From: Moniliella sp. 'wahieum'
Taxonomy: Eukaryota
Assembly (NCBI GenBank): GCA_003971905.1
Contig: RSEE01000022.1
Coordinates: forward strand, 62,001-126,000
Length of the DNA stretch: 64,000 nt
Direction: 5' to 3'
Under the pieces are notes generated by a model. It ran no database searches. It was not told the DNA's origin and was given only the letters and a program-made list of their open reading frames with translations. Of this stretch, positions 12,402-25,818 are shown one piece after another (the first letter of the stretch is position 1; each line of letters starts with the position of its first letter). Made by a program: the position numbers and the translations under genes.

Positions 12402-13184
12402 GCTGTGTTTGGGTCCTTCCCTCCTGGGCGAAACTCTTGGGGACCACACCCTGCTTTTGGTGTCCGGTCGTGCTCGATCGTTCGCCACCGCCTGGATCCG
12501 AATCCCTTTCCGTACCTGTAGTGCCTTTCGAGACTGCTGGGTTTCCCAAAACGCATCTCGCCTATGGCATTGCATGCTCGCACCCGCATTCCTCTTGTTA
12601 TAGTCCCCAACCCAGGTGGATCATCGCCTTCCTGTATTTGGTCCTGTGGCTAGAACTGCCCTCGAATGCAGCTGAACATGAGACCGCCCGCCTGCCTGTA
12701 AGTCAAGGTATTGCTAGCAGCGAATTCAACGCAGTGCACCACTTTGAGGACACGGGACTACGTGATGCGTCGAGAAGGCCAGACGCGTAGCGCTTCGAAA
12801 GTGGGCACGCCCAGATGCGTTGCAGCTGGACCTGTGAAGTGACGACGAACGCGGCCAGCGGAGATCCGTAAGGGGCCACAGAGCTACTGTTCCGCTTACT
12901 GGCTAGCAACAGGAACATGGACGTTCATGCGTTCATGCCAGCACCAGATCATTAAGATCAATGGCAGTGGCCAGCACGCCAAGCCACTGGAGTACTGATT
13001 AAATACTGACTCCAGTGACCGGCAGGGAGACGCTGTAGACTGGATTGGATTGGCAGTCGAAAACACGGCGGAACCCATGCATTTCCGCTCTTCTTGCTCC
13101 TTGCCATTCCCGTCCTAGAGCGAAGCGACCTGGCTAGTGCTAGTGCGTCTCCACCGCATTGGCCACCTCCTCCACTCTCCAGCC

Positions 13185-13510
13185 ATGGCCACCACGCTGA
13201 GCGAGACGGACCAGAAAGAACTGCAGGGTTTCCTGGAGGCCGAGAAGGCCAAGGCCCGTGTCCAGAGCTCGGTGCACCAGTTCACCGACATGTGCTGGGA
13301 CAAATGTGTCACCTCCATTGGCTCGCGTCTGGGAAAGGAGGCCAGCTGTCTGTCCAACTGCGTTGAGCGTTTCCTCGACTCTTCGCTGTACATTGTATGT
13401 GATGACCGCTATCTACTGTCTGCCCGAACGTTCTCGACTAACTGCTCTCTTTCGCTCCAAAGGTCAAGCAGATTGAAGCCCAACGCGCTCAGGCCGGCTC
13501 ATTCGAGTAA
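13185..13510 (+). CDS. TIM8: Mitochondrial intermembrane-space small Tim chaperone Tim8, intron 13395-13462
   Basis: Twin CX3C motif (CWDKC..CLSNC), ELQGFLEAEKAKARVQSSVHQFTD, VERFLDSS; exon 2 VKQIEAQRAQAGSFE*. Confidence 0.92.
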
Positions 13511-14379
13511 TCTGGCCTTGTTCCTCGACAATCGCATTCTGTACTGCTTCCGCCCGGCACATGCCTCACCTGACTGGGAGATACAGGGGCAACATGCCTC
13601 TTTGAAGATAGACCACCAACTGATTTCTAATCCGCCCCAACCACCACCGCCACTGCGTCCCTGCACTTGGATTCAGGCAGGTTGGGATCTTGGTCCGGTG
13701 GTGTATCTTCGATCGATCAACGAGACGTGGATGGGACTAGGCATATACGGTTTATCCACCCAATCAGAGGGGGGGCGAACGGAGGACTATGGCGTTGATT
13801 TCTTCCTACATTGCTCCTATGGGGAAGGGTCGCCTCCGAAGTGATGTCTCAGGGAGCGTAGCCGCAGCGTTAAGCGCTCATATAAACGAGATAACGTGTC
13901 ACCTGGGGAACTCTCCAAGCTCCAAACTCCTTGAAGCATGGCTCTATCGTTGCAGAGAAACTCCCTTGTCACGCTCGAATCAGTAGAACTTCTGCTGGAC
14001 ATGATGATCATATCTCTTTCACTGCTCATATGATGGAATGCACACATCTTGAGGTACTAGGAGGAACCGCACGGAAGTTCAGAAGTATAGGGTTTCTTTA
14101 CCATGCTAAGCGCAACTTCTATAATCACACTGGCAGTTACTAGGTACTACATTTGTGGGTATACTAGGTAGTGTAGAACTATCTCGAACGGTATTCCACT
14201 CCAATAAACGGTCTAAGTGATGTATGTAGGTGCTGCCAATGAAGGACCGAACCGTATGAGAAGAGATGGCACAGCAAGCAATCAAAGCCCACACCTGACC
14301 ACAAGGACGAGCGTTAGCGTGCTGCTCAAACGCATATATATACGTATGCCGCAAGATAACGGGATGATGGGGAACGAGA

Positions 14380-15533
14380 GTGACGCACAGGGGACCCGCA
14401 GAACCTTGGCTGATTTGCACCTTCACCGTAGCCTTGCCGTCCGGTCCTTTGCCCGTCGCCGTCGTCTCAAATGCCTTGATGGCGTCGTCGAACGAAAACC
14501 GATGCGAGACAATCTTGGAGATGGGCAATTTGCCCGATGCGACCAAGTCGATCGCGGTACGGTACGTGCCTGCTCCGTAGCGGAACGAGCCAGTGACCAC
14601 AACCTCGCGCGCATTAATGTAGCTCAGGGGGATGGTCACATTGTCTACGCCCATGCCGACTTGCACGTAGCGGCCCTTGGGCCGAGCGGCCAGGATGCCC
14701 ATTGCGACGCAGGGGGGTGCCCCGTACACTCGAGCACCAGGTCAAACCCGCTGTTAGCAACTACCTCGGCTCCGCTGGCTGCCACCACAGCCTTGGCGTT
14801 CCTCTGGGCTGCATCAGCCGCCGTCTCGCCCTCGTGCGGGCGCGTGGACTGGTAGGTATGAGTGGCGGCAAACGTCTTGGCAAACGTGAGCTTCTCCTCT
14901 ACAATGTCGACCACGGTCACCACCGATGCGCCCACCCACGTGCCACGCCGGCACATCCCAGTCCAACCGGGCCTGCTCCCAGCACCAGCACATTTTGCAG
15001 GGGCGCCACCTGGCCACGGTTGACTGTGGCGTACATGCTACCGACAGGGGCTCCATCAGGGAAGCCTCTTCGAGTGACATGCGGTCCGGGACCTTGTGGG
15101 CAAAGGAGGCATGGAGGTTGTAGTATGTGGCGAGCGTACCATCGTAGGGCGGAGTGGCAGCAAAGACCATCTTGGGGCATTGGTTGTAGCCGCCCAAACA
15201 TTGCTCGCATTGGAAACAAGGCGTTCCGGGCTCGAGGGCAACACGGTCACCTACCTTGAGTTGGGTCACCTGGGCCCCACGGCGGGTAACGATGCCAGCA
15301 GATTCGTGGCCCAGGACCATGGGCTTTTTCAGGACAAACTCGCCAATGCCCCCGTGCTTCCAATAGTGCACATCGCTCCCGCAGATGCCTGTCTGGCGAA
15401 TGTTGATTTGCACTTGCTCGGGGCCCGGGGGGACAATGGGGCGTTGTTCGAAGCGGAGGTTGTTGACGCTGGCCAAGACCAGGGACTTGTTCCCTGACGC
15501 AGGGGGCACGGCGATGGAGTTGTCGGTGGGCAT
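14380..15533 (-). CDS. Zn-dependent xylitol/sorbitol dehydrogenase (MDR family); frameshifted, 3' end approximate
   Basis: GICGSDVHYW, LGHESAG, VGDRVALEPG, structural Zn cysteines, VLVLGAGPVG Rossmann motif, GSFRYG. Confidence 0.92.
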
Positions 15534-16737
15534 GGCGGGTTGGCCGGATGCAGGGATGGTGCGGTGGACAGACAGACCGAGCACGCAGCCGCAGCGAAGG
15601 CAGGGCTTTTTATAAACGGTCTTGGTCGGTGATGCAGGGGCGATGAAGGATGGAGCGGGACGGTGCTGACAAGCAGCAGAGGGCGCGGGGGCGCGCAGGG
15701 CCCGTGTCATGCCATAGCCTCTCACTCAGCAGCAGCACGAAGCTCTCCAAGCTATCAAACAGAGCTGCTGGGAGGCACCTATGTGCAAGGCCTACGATCG
15801 TATATACCCCTACACATCGCCCATCCACTGGAGAGGGATCCATGCCCACGCCAGAGCCGCAGCCACGCGCGCCCACCGCTGCGCCCCGCACGCCCCGCCT
15901 TTACCCACACTCTCACCCACCGCCCCCGCCTTGAAGCTTGGAGCCCAATCATAAGCTTCCTACAGGAAGCTTGAAGCTCCTCTCCCCTCCATGCACGTCA
16001 CGATGCATGATGTCCTCACTTAGTATGTGTCAACACGTTACCGTCGGCCGAGGCGCTTCTCTCTGATCGTGGAGCTGTGAGAAAAGTTGTGATGTTGCTC
16101 CCAATGCGTGCTTGCCAATGGTCAAGGCCAGGCCCAACTTGAAGCGCATCATGTCTGTTGAGCACGCGACGCTTGCTGGGCCGCAACGCCCCCCATGCCA
16201 CTTATGATGTGGATCAGCCATGCTCATCAACGCCTCGGCTCCCCAGCAGCACGTCACCAGGACGCGTGACATGTGACAGCACTTGGATTCGGACTGGATG
16301 CGGTGAGGCGCGGCTGTGTGTAACCCTACAGGCGAATTGCGGCACGGCGGAAGAAAGCGAGCAGGCCCAAACACTGCGCCTGCGCCACGAGGGTTAGGAA
16401 ATCCCCGGGCTGCTGGCATGCTGCATACTGGGTAGCAACCCTATCCTGCCCCCGCTGCCCGCGCGTAGGTGGCCTATGTGGTTGCCGGAGGGTGCTGGAC
16501 ACCATCAGCCAAGCAAGGTCGCCAGCCAAGTGCGTATGCTGCCCCCCCCCCCTCCCCCCCTTTCCCGCCGCTCCTCAGGGCGGAGCGAGGCTCTTCTATC
16601 GAACGCGCGGTTGCTCGTTGATCTCGGTGCGAGTGGCGAGTCTGCGTGGCGCCGCCGTGCTGTTTCTGCGGGCGTGTTGCGACTGGTGTGGGACGCCAGA
16701 ACGGAAGGCTGACCGTTTTACCTGGGTGTGGTGCAGG

Positions 16738-17358
16738 ATGGGTTTCCGTCACAACAACATCCTTCACAACAACCACTTCCGTAAGGACTGGCAGCGCCGG
16801 GTCAACGTTTGGTTTGACCAGCCCGGCGCCAAGAAGCGCAGGCGCAATGCGCGTGCGGAGAAGGTGGCCCGCTCGGGTCTCAAGCCCGTCGACTCGCTCC
16901 GCCCGGTCGTGCGCTGCCCTACGCTCAAGTACAACCGCAAGCTGCGTGCCGGCCGTGGGTTCACCCTCGAGGAGCTCAAGGCTGCTGGCATTCCCCAAAA
17001 GCTTGCTCGCGTGATTGGTATCGCGGTGGACCACCGCCGCAAGAACCGCTCGGAGGAGGGTCTGCGTCTCAACATTGAGCGCGTCAAGGCGTACCGTGAG
17101 CGTGTGGTTGTCATCCCGGCCAAGGGCAAGGGTGCCAAGCTCGCTGAGCTTGCCTCGGCGCCCAAGGTTGAGAATGTTGCTGCTGCGTTCCCCATCCCTG
17201 CTGGCACGGTCGCCGAGAAGCCCCGCGCGATCACGCAGGAGGAGAAGGACTTTGAGGCGTTCAAGACGCTTTGCCACGCGCGCAACACTCACCGCCAGGC
17301 CGGCTTCCGCGCTGCCCACCAGGCCAAGAAGGAGGCCGAGGAGAAGGCCAAGAAGTAA
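16738..17358 (+). CDS. RPL13: 60S ribosomal protein L13 (eL13)
   Basis: MGFRHNNILHNNHFRKDWQRRV..WFDQPG..LRPVVRCPTLKYN..GRGFTLEELK..VDHRRKN; 5'UTR intron ~16530-16736. Confidence 0.97.
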   Translation: MGFRHNNILHNNHFRKDWQRRVNVWFDQPGAKKRRRNARAEKVARSGLKPVDSLRPVVRCPTLKYNRKLRAGRGFTLEELKAAGIPQKLARVIGIAVDHRRKNRSEEGLRLNIERVKAYRERVVVIPAKGKGAKLAELASAPKVENVAAAFPIPAGTVAEKPRAITQEEKDFEAFKTLCHARNTHRQAGFRAAHQAKKEAEEKAKK

Positions 17359-18554
17359 ATTGCTCCTCTGCAGTTTTTTGGCCGAGGGCAAGGAGGCAGG
17401 AGCGGCAGTGTATTTGTGCGGGCGTTGCTGCTTCTTTGTCTCCTTGCAACAAACAATACGAACACCAAAATTATGGCTTCTGGTCCCCAATGTGGGGCGA
17501 GCTGGCCACACCCGCTCCCTTGCCCGGCGGACTGTCTGTTGGCGGACCGTTTGGGATGGGCTGTGCTCTCGCAGAGCTTGGGGGGTGGGATGAGGGGCTG
17601 AGATATGCGTTGGATTCTATGCTTACAGCCCATGCTGTGCGTAATACCTGGACTGCCTACTACTTAGTCCTTACCGATAGCACATAGATACACCTCGACT
17701 GTCGATTTGTTAAAAGAAAGGGACCTCTGGGGATGCTGATTGGACATGGGAATGGAATGGAATTGGCATTCTTCATTCGATGGGCTGCACGCCACCAGAC
17801 GAGAGAGCTATTTATTCGGCGTCAATGGGAGCGCGCCCAGGGGCAGCAGGGGTAGGGGTGGTGGGAGAGACGCAAAACGGAGAAAGAGTGGGATGGTGAG
17901 AACCGAGAATAGACAACGCGTGAGGCGGCTCGCATGTGCCTCATGGATTCCGAAGGGGATGGCTGGATGGAAGGGCCAACACGGGTCGGGTACATCGGGC
18001 CGCGCAGAGCGTTTCCTTCCGTGTCTCTTCCGCCTGTTCGTGCGGAAGGAGGACGCGCAAAGGGTTATGCATCTGCTCGCCCCACACTGGCGCGGTGCGG
18101 GACCCCCAGCTGCGCAGTGGCAGCCGCAGCGTGGGGACAGCGGGGGCTACACTGACGCGATGCGCGCCCGATTTTTTTCTCGGCTGCTGGGGCACCGCGA
18201 ACGAGGGAAACATGGGCAGAAAAAAAGGACGCCCAGCCCACAGTCTTCCCCACCACCCGTCGCCACCGTCCCCGCCCTTCCCACCACCGTTCTCTCTTCA
18301 CCAGAGCACGCCCTCGAGACGTCTGCCCTGGCTTAGAGCGCAAAAAGAAAAAGTACGTTGCGTGCCGGTTGGTGCCCCGACTGGCCGTGGTCGGTACCGC
18401 GGCCACACACGACGGTTCTTCCTCGCTTGCTCCCGCTCTGCCTTTTGTCGCCGCCACAGGCAGCTAACCTCGCTTTTGCTTTGCCCAGCCCACAAAAAAA
18501 CACAGAAAATCTCTGAAAACCCCCAAGAACCCCCCCGCCACTCACCCTTCCTAA

Positions 18555-20482
<1,928 letters not shown>

Positions 20483-21742
20483 GTGCGTGTTGGCCTTTCG
20501 CTGCCCTTTCCCCCTCGCGTCAAAAGGCAAAAAAATGCACTGGTCTTGCCGTGCAGCAACGATGACACCGACGAGTGCTATGGATCTCGGTTTCTTCTGT
20601 ACCCCCGTTTCCCCGTTTCCGTTTCGCGTGTTTCCCTTTCCTCCTCCTTAACCTTAACCTTAACCCCCTTGCCTTGTCGTCTCCTCGATGTCGATGAGGA
20701 GACGCGTGAGTCTACTGTTCTCCCCGCTCCCCTCTCGCTTGGCGAATGGGAGCGGGGTTGTGACTGTCGCTGGCGATGCCGTATGGATTGGTGGCGATGC
20801 GGCACGCGGTCATGGTATGTTTCGATGCTGGATTTGGTCCGCGGCGTGGATGTGGTTGGACAATGGAACGGCGGTGGCTCTTGCTGGACTACTGGGAGTG
20901 CAGGCCGGGCGGGCGTAGGCAGTGGATAGGCATTGGTATGGGCGCAGCAGGCGGGGGCAGGCGAGTGTGGTTGAGTACTGAGTAGATGGGCAGGGAAAGG
21001 GCCGCGGAGCAGGAAGCGGCGTCGCGGATAGCCGGGGTATAAAACGCCGTTCTCCGACGGAAGTGAACGTTGAACACGGCCCGATCCTCTGATCAATCTG
21101 TGCTCGGTGCACATGGCGCAGTCCAGTGGACGACACTGCCACGGCGCACATGCGCGGGTGTGGTGCTGAGTCTCTACAAGTTCGGGGCTCAGGCTGAGCG
21201 CGTCGCCTAGCGCCTCCGCAGCTGCCGGGGGGGGGGGGGGCTTCTGGCCCTTCTGGCCATCTGAGCCGCCCGCTGTTCACGGTCTTTGGCCGCTGAGAAG
21301 ACTTTGTCCGTCACCGCGTCACCTCTCTCGTTTCCCTAAACAGCCACCTGTCCAGCTGTGGCTGTCCGCGCCCCACACTGCACCGAGCCGCTTCTGCTCC
21401 AGACGCACTGCGAGGCCCGCGCTGAACACCCAACGCATCCCCAGCCTGGAGGACAAGTGTGCGTGCGGGACAGAAGAGCCCGTGTGTTCGAAGCGAGGCG
21501 TCGGATGGGCAGGCTAGGGTTGCGGGGCATAACCGACGGTGCCGCACGAAGGATGCATGATCCATCACCCACCATGCCGATCGTGGGGGGCGCACACTGG
21601 CGCCCTGCGCGGCCCAGCGCTCGTCCCCGCATGGTGCCTGGGCAGTTGTGAGGCTCACATCCAAGCGCAAGCAATCCAACCCACGCGGGCCCACGCGCAT
21701 CCGCGCCGCCGCCATCTCTCCTCGGCCTGCTGTCTGCTTGGC

Positions 21743-23148
21743 ATGCGCCACCCCGCTCGCCCTCCTCCTCGCCGCCCTGGTCCTCGTGGCCAGCACCACA
21801 CGCCAGCCGCCACCGCCACTGCCCCCTTCCCCTGCCCGCCATCCACCCTCCCCGTCCGCGCTGGACAAGCGTTGCTGCCGCCTGGGTTTGGAGGCGCGGC
21901 GCCCCCAGCACCACCAGACCAGCCCCCACCATACTCCCCACTCCTCTCTGTTCTCAAACCAGGCACCTCCACCGACTACGGTACCAGCCTCACACTCCCT
22001 CCCGACGGGTCCGGATCCAACTCGGGCCTCGGCTCTGGCTCTGGCTTCTGGCTCTGGCTTTGGCTCGTCTGACGTGGGACCTAGCTTGGGTCGAGCCTGC
22101 TTCCACCTCACCCTCCTCAGCTCGAGCACACTGGACCGGCTTCGGCTGCATCTGCTTCGGCGGCATCGGCTTCGGTGGCGAGCCAACTGTCGGCATCCGA
22201 GGCGAGCGTCAGCGCCTCGCTGGCATCCATGTCACTGGCCTCGGTCGCGTCGCAAGCCCAAGCATCGCAAGCGTCGCATCGGCTTCGCTGGCTAGCGTAG
22301 CCAGTGCGCTGTCTTCCGCTTCGGCCGCCGGTCGCATCCCAGTCTTCGTCCGCGGCCGCGGCCAGTGCTTCGTCCGACACCGTCTCGTCCGTCTTGGATC
22401 CCACCAGTTCAGCTGATCTCCCGTCTACCTTTCCCTCCCCCACCTCTTCCGCTACCTCTGTCCCGACCGCCAGCCCCAGCACGGCCAAAAAGTCCTCGAG
22501 CCATACGGGCGCGATTGTCGGCGGAGCGGTGGGCGGGAGCGTGGGTGGAGTGTTGCTGCTTGCCGTGGTGATCTGGATGTGCTGTCGTCGTCGTGACAGT
22601 GTCGATCCGGAAAAAGTGCGCTGGCCCGAGATGTCTATGACTCTCGGCCCCACTCAGGGCCCGTCACGGCCTCGGTCCCTGCCCGCCGCACGGCCGGGCC
22701 GGATTCGCAATGGGCGACTTGGCGGAGGAAGATGGCCCGATGAGACGGGGGGCTGGAGGCGGAGCTTACCCCTCCGCATCGAGTGGGTACCGGCGCAGGA
22801 GTTCACAGCGCTTCCATCCTAACCCTTCCGATCCGTCCTGGGAGCAGCAGGACACCATGGCGCCCGTCCCGTCCGGGCGAAACGAAGTGTACCCCCGTCC
22901 CCACCCTCCTTTCCCCGCCCGGCGACGGCACCGTCGATCCAGGGCGGCAGGCGCCCAGCAGCATTGTCTCGGGCGGCTATGGGGCGGCCGGGATCGGCGC
23001 GGGGGGAGCGGGGTTGGTGCCGGTGGAACTATATGCGGGTGGGTATGACCCAGCGACCGCGGGCCCGGAAGCGTATGGTCCCACAGGCTATGGCTTACCT
23101 TTCAACCCGGCACCGCAGCCCAGGAGGGCTACCAGACGCGCTTTATGA
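21743..23148 (+). CDS. Signal peptide + Ser-rich + single-TM protein (Mid2/Wsc-like); frameshifted
   Basis: MRHPLALLLAALVLVA-like signal after a 1-nt correction; Ser/Ala-rich stalk; GAIVGGAVGGSVGGVLLLAVVIWMCCRRR TM with basic stop-transfer. Confidence 0.7.
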
Positions 23149-23791
23149 ACCCACAATACACTGCCTGCCGCTGACAACCATGGCTTTTCCGATCCTTATG
23201 GACGCACCACCTCGGCCCCGCTGGTCGTCCCCAGTCGCCGGCGATCTGGGAGACAATGAGACTGGGAGAGACGGGAACCTTCCCGGGCAAATGCTTGAGC
23301 CGTCAGGAGCTCGGTTTGGGTGGCACCGATTGCATCCCACCTACTCCCTCCTCCCCTTCCTCCCCTTCCTCGTCTCCCCCCCTTCTATTCTCCGTCTTTC
23401 CCGTTCCGGTTGCCACGGACACGGGGATGTGTACCGAGTATCCTCCTCTCTCTCTCTTACATTCATCCATTATCTCTCTCTCTCCGTGCGTTCGAGTGCG
23501 CATTTCGACTGTCCTGCCCTGTCCCTGCTCCCTGTATATTCATGCATGCCGACGGTCGCTGTGACCCCTAACTCCCCCCCCCTAGTCTGTTTCTTTGCAA
23601 TGCCCAATCACGATTTGGTGGCCCGCTGCTAATGGAAATGCAGCTGGACGTCCGTCGAAAAAAGTAAACCATACGAAAGATATAACTGGGCTGGCTTTGC
23701 CGCGGCACAACGTAGCAAGGGACCGGAAACCTGGGTCGGGTGGGCCAATCCACCACACTAACGCCGCACCGCCTCGGACGCAGCAAAAAGG

Positions 23792-23888
23792 TGCTTCCAA
23801 GGGGAATCGAACCCCTGTCACATCGACGTCTTTAGGGCACTGGCGCCCTGCTTGGCAACGATGTAGTATACCACTAACCCATGAAAGC
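23792..23888 (-). tRNA. tRNA-Gly(GCC) with 26-nt intron (23827-23852)
   Basis: Acceptor GCTTTCA/TGGAAGC, anticodon arm CATCG-TTGCCA^T-CGATG, GGTTCGATTCC T-arm, downstream T-run. Confidence 0.93.
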
Positions 23889-24299
23889 TCCATGCAAGGG
23901 TCCTTTCGTATCCTCCCTCGACAGCTTCCCCGGTTCATAATATCCTCGAGGAATGGATGAACAACTAGCTACAAAGCATTGTCGGATGGTGCCCCTGCGT
24001 CCAGCGACACTAGCTAAGAGAATAGTTGCACCTTGCACCTCGCCAAACCGTAGCCCACCTTGAGGTGTGTTTTTATGTCTTTGTGCATCAAGAGTAATCC
24101 GAATCGGTAGTGCTGGCATGCGTGCGGCTTTGGGCTATGGTTCCCGTCGAAAGGGGGAAAGGAGATGGGAACCAAATACGAGAAAAGGGAAATGAGACCA
24201 TGGCTCGACTGGGGGGTGGTGGGGGGGGGCGGCAAAAACCAAGGTTACAACAACGCAAATGAAGCGAAGCTGCCAAATCGGAAGAAACAAAAAAAGACG

Positions 24300-24371
24300 T
24301 GGACGAACAGGGAATTGAACCCCGGACCTCATGCATGCTAAGCAAGCGCTCTACCCCTGAGCTATCCGCCC
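24300..24371 (-). tRNA. tRNA-Ala(AGC)
   Basis: GGGCGGATAGCTCAGGGGTAGAGCGCTTGCTTAGCATGCATGAGGTCCGGGGTTCAATTCCCTGTTCGTCCA; oligo-T Pol III terminator follows. Confidence 0.95.
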
Positions 24372-24822
24372 GCTTGTGGACAGCAGGGACCTGCAAGGCA
24401 CAAGACAGGCCAATGAAATGATTACTAGGAAAAGTTCTTCCTTGTCCCTCTCCATCACAACAGTCACAACCCTTCCAGTCCCCACCCACCACCGTAGCTT
24501 ACCATGATAAAGGGCAAGCAGAAGAACAGAGAACACGATACAGACGATACAGGCAGTACGCCAAGTCCACCGGCAGCCCGCACTCCGCCTCGCTGCCCTA
24601 CGCCAACTGAGAAACAAAAGCCTATGTTGCCGTTTGCCGACAACGAGTGGGCATACAGAACTAAGGCCAGACAGGGCAACGCTGAGGTCCAATCTCACAC
24701 TGCCCGCCCGTCGTTGCCTGATGGGCACAAGGGCACAAGGACACAAAACATGGGGACAAGGAGGATTTTTGGCAGTAGAAGTACAGACACGCGAGGGGAG
24801 CCAGAGCCCGAGGGCGAGAAGA

Positions 24823-25078
24823 CTACCGCGCCTCAAAGTGCAGCTGGGGTCGCACAGAAGAAGGGGACCAGTCAGTGGGCAGAAGCAAGACAAGGAGCAA
24901 CGAACCAACGTACCATCTTGGTGGTGCGGGGCTTGTAGACGATCCGGTGGCCGCACTCTTTGCAGCGGATGGGCTCCTTGGGCCGGATCTCTACCTTGGC
25001 CGAGCACGCGCCGCAGATGTACTGCGGCACAGTCTGTGGCTTCTGGACGTAAGGCGCACCGCTAGCGTAGCCGCTCAT
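24823..25078 (-). CDS. RPB12: RNA polymerase I/II/III shared subunit RPABC4, intron 24913-24844
   Basis: YICGACSAKVEIRPKEPIRCKECGHRIVYKPRTTKM|LHFEAR*; C4 zinc ribbon. Confidence 0.95.
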
Positions 25079-25406
25079 GGACGAGAGAAGGGGCGGAGGA
25101 GGTGGTGGGGGTGGGACGGCCGACTGGGCCCAGCTGCCGCGGCCATTTTGCTCAAGCCCAGGCCCAGCTAATAAGCCAGCAAATTTGGCCGGGGGGCGGA
25201 ACGGGGCGGAATGCGGCGGAACAGCGGGCAGCCACCGCTGGCCGCTTTTCTGGGCTCAGCCTGAGCGCTCAGATACGGGAAGACCCCGCCAGTGCGCTGC
25301 CGCGGGTGGAACCCCACTGGAACCCCACTGGAACCCCCGCAAAACGTACCTTGCCTCGCCTTCATCCCGTCATCCCACCTCCCTCTTGACTCGCGTCCCC
25401 GTCCCG

Positions 25407-25700
25407 ATGTCTTTCCGTGGCGGTCGTGGTGTTTGGGCGGTCGTGGTGGCCGTGGCGGACGCGGTGGGTTCCGCGGCGGGCGGGGGGGATACTAAAATAC
25501 CCGCTGGGCCGCTGGCTCGCCCGTTGGTGGAGCCGGGACCCAAGGTCAAACGCTCCTACGAGCCAGGGGGAGGGTGGGTGGGTTTCTGTCCTATCCTATC
25601 CTGTCCTGTTCTGTCCTGTCTGTACGAAACCTAGTTCGTTGTACTTTTCTTTTTCCTCCGGTACGCTGTGTGCCGTAGAAACGGTCCTGAGAGCCGAGCA
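25407..25700 (+). CDS. Small RGG/GAR-rich protein (putative; 3' end uncertain)
   Basis: MSFRGGRG..GGRGGRGGRGGFRGGRGG across a frameshift, then TKIPAGPLARPLVEPGPKVKRSYEPGG; divergent from RPB12. Confidence 0.45.
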
Positions 25701-25818
25701 GGGTGCTCATAGGATGAATCCATAGTCTGTATATGGTAGAAGAACAAGTGGCCAGGGCGAGGCCGTTCTCGAGAAATACAAACGCATGCGCAGATGCAAC
25801 GCAGGCGGGGGGGGGGGG

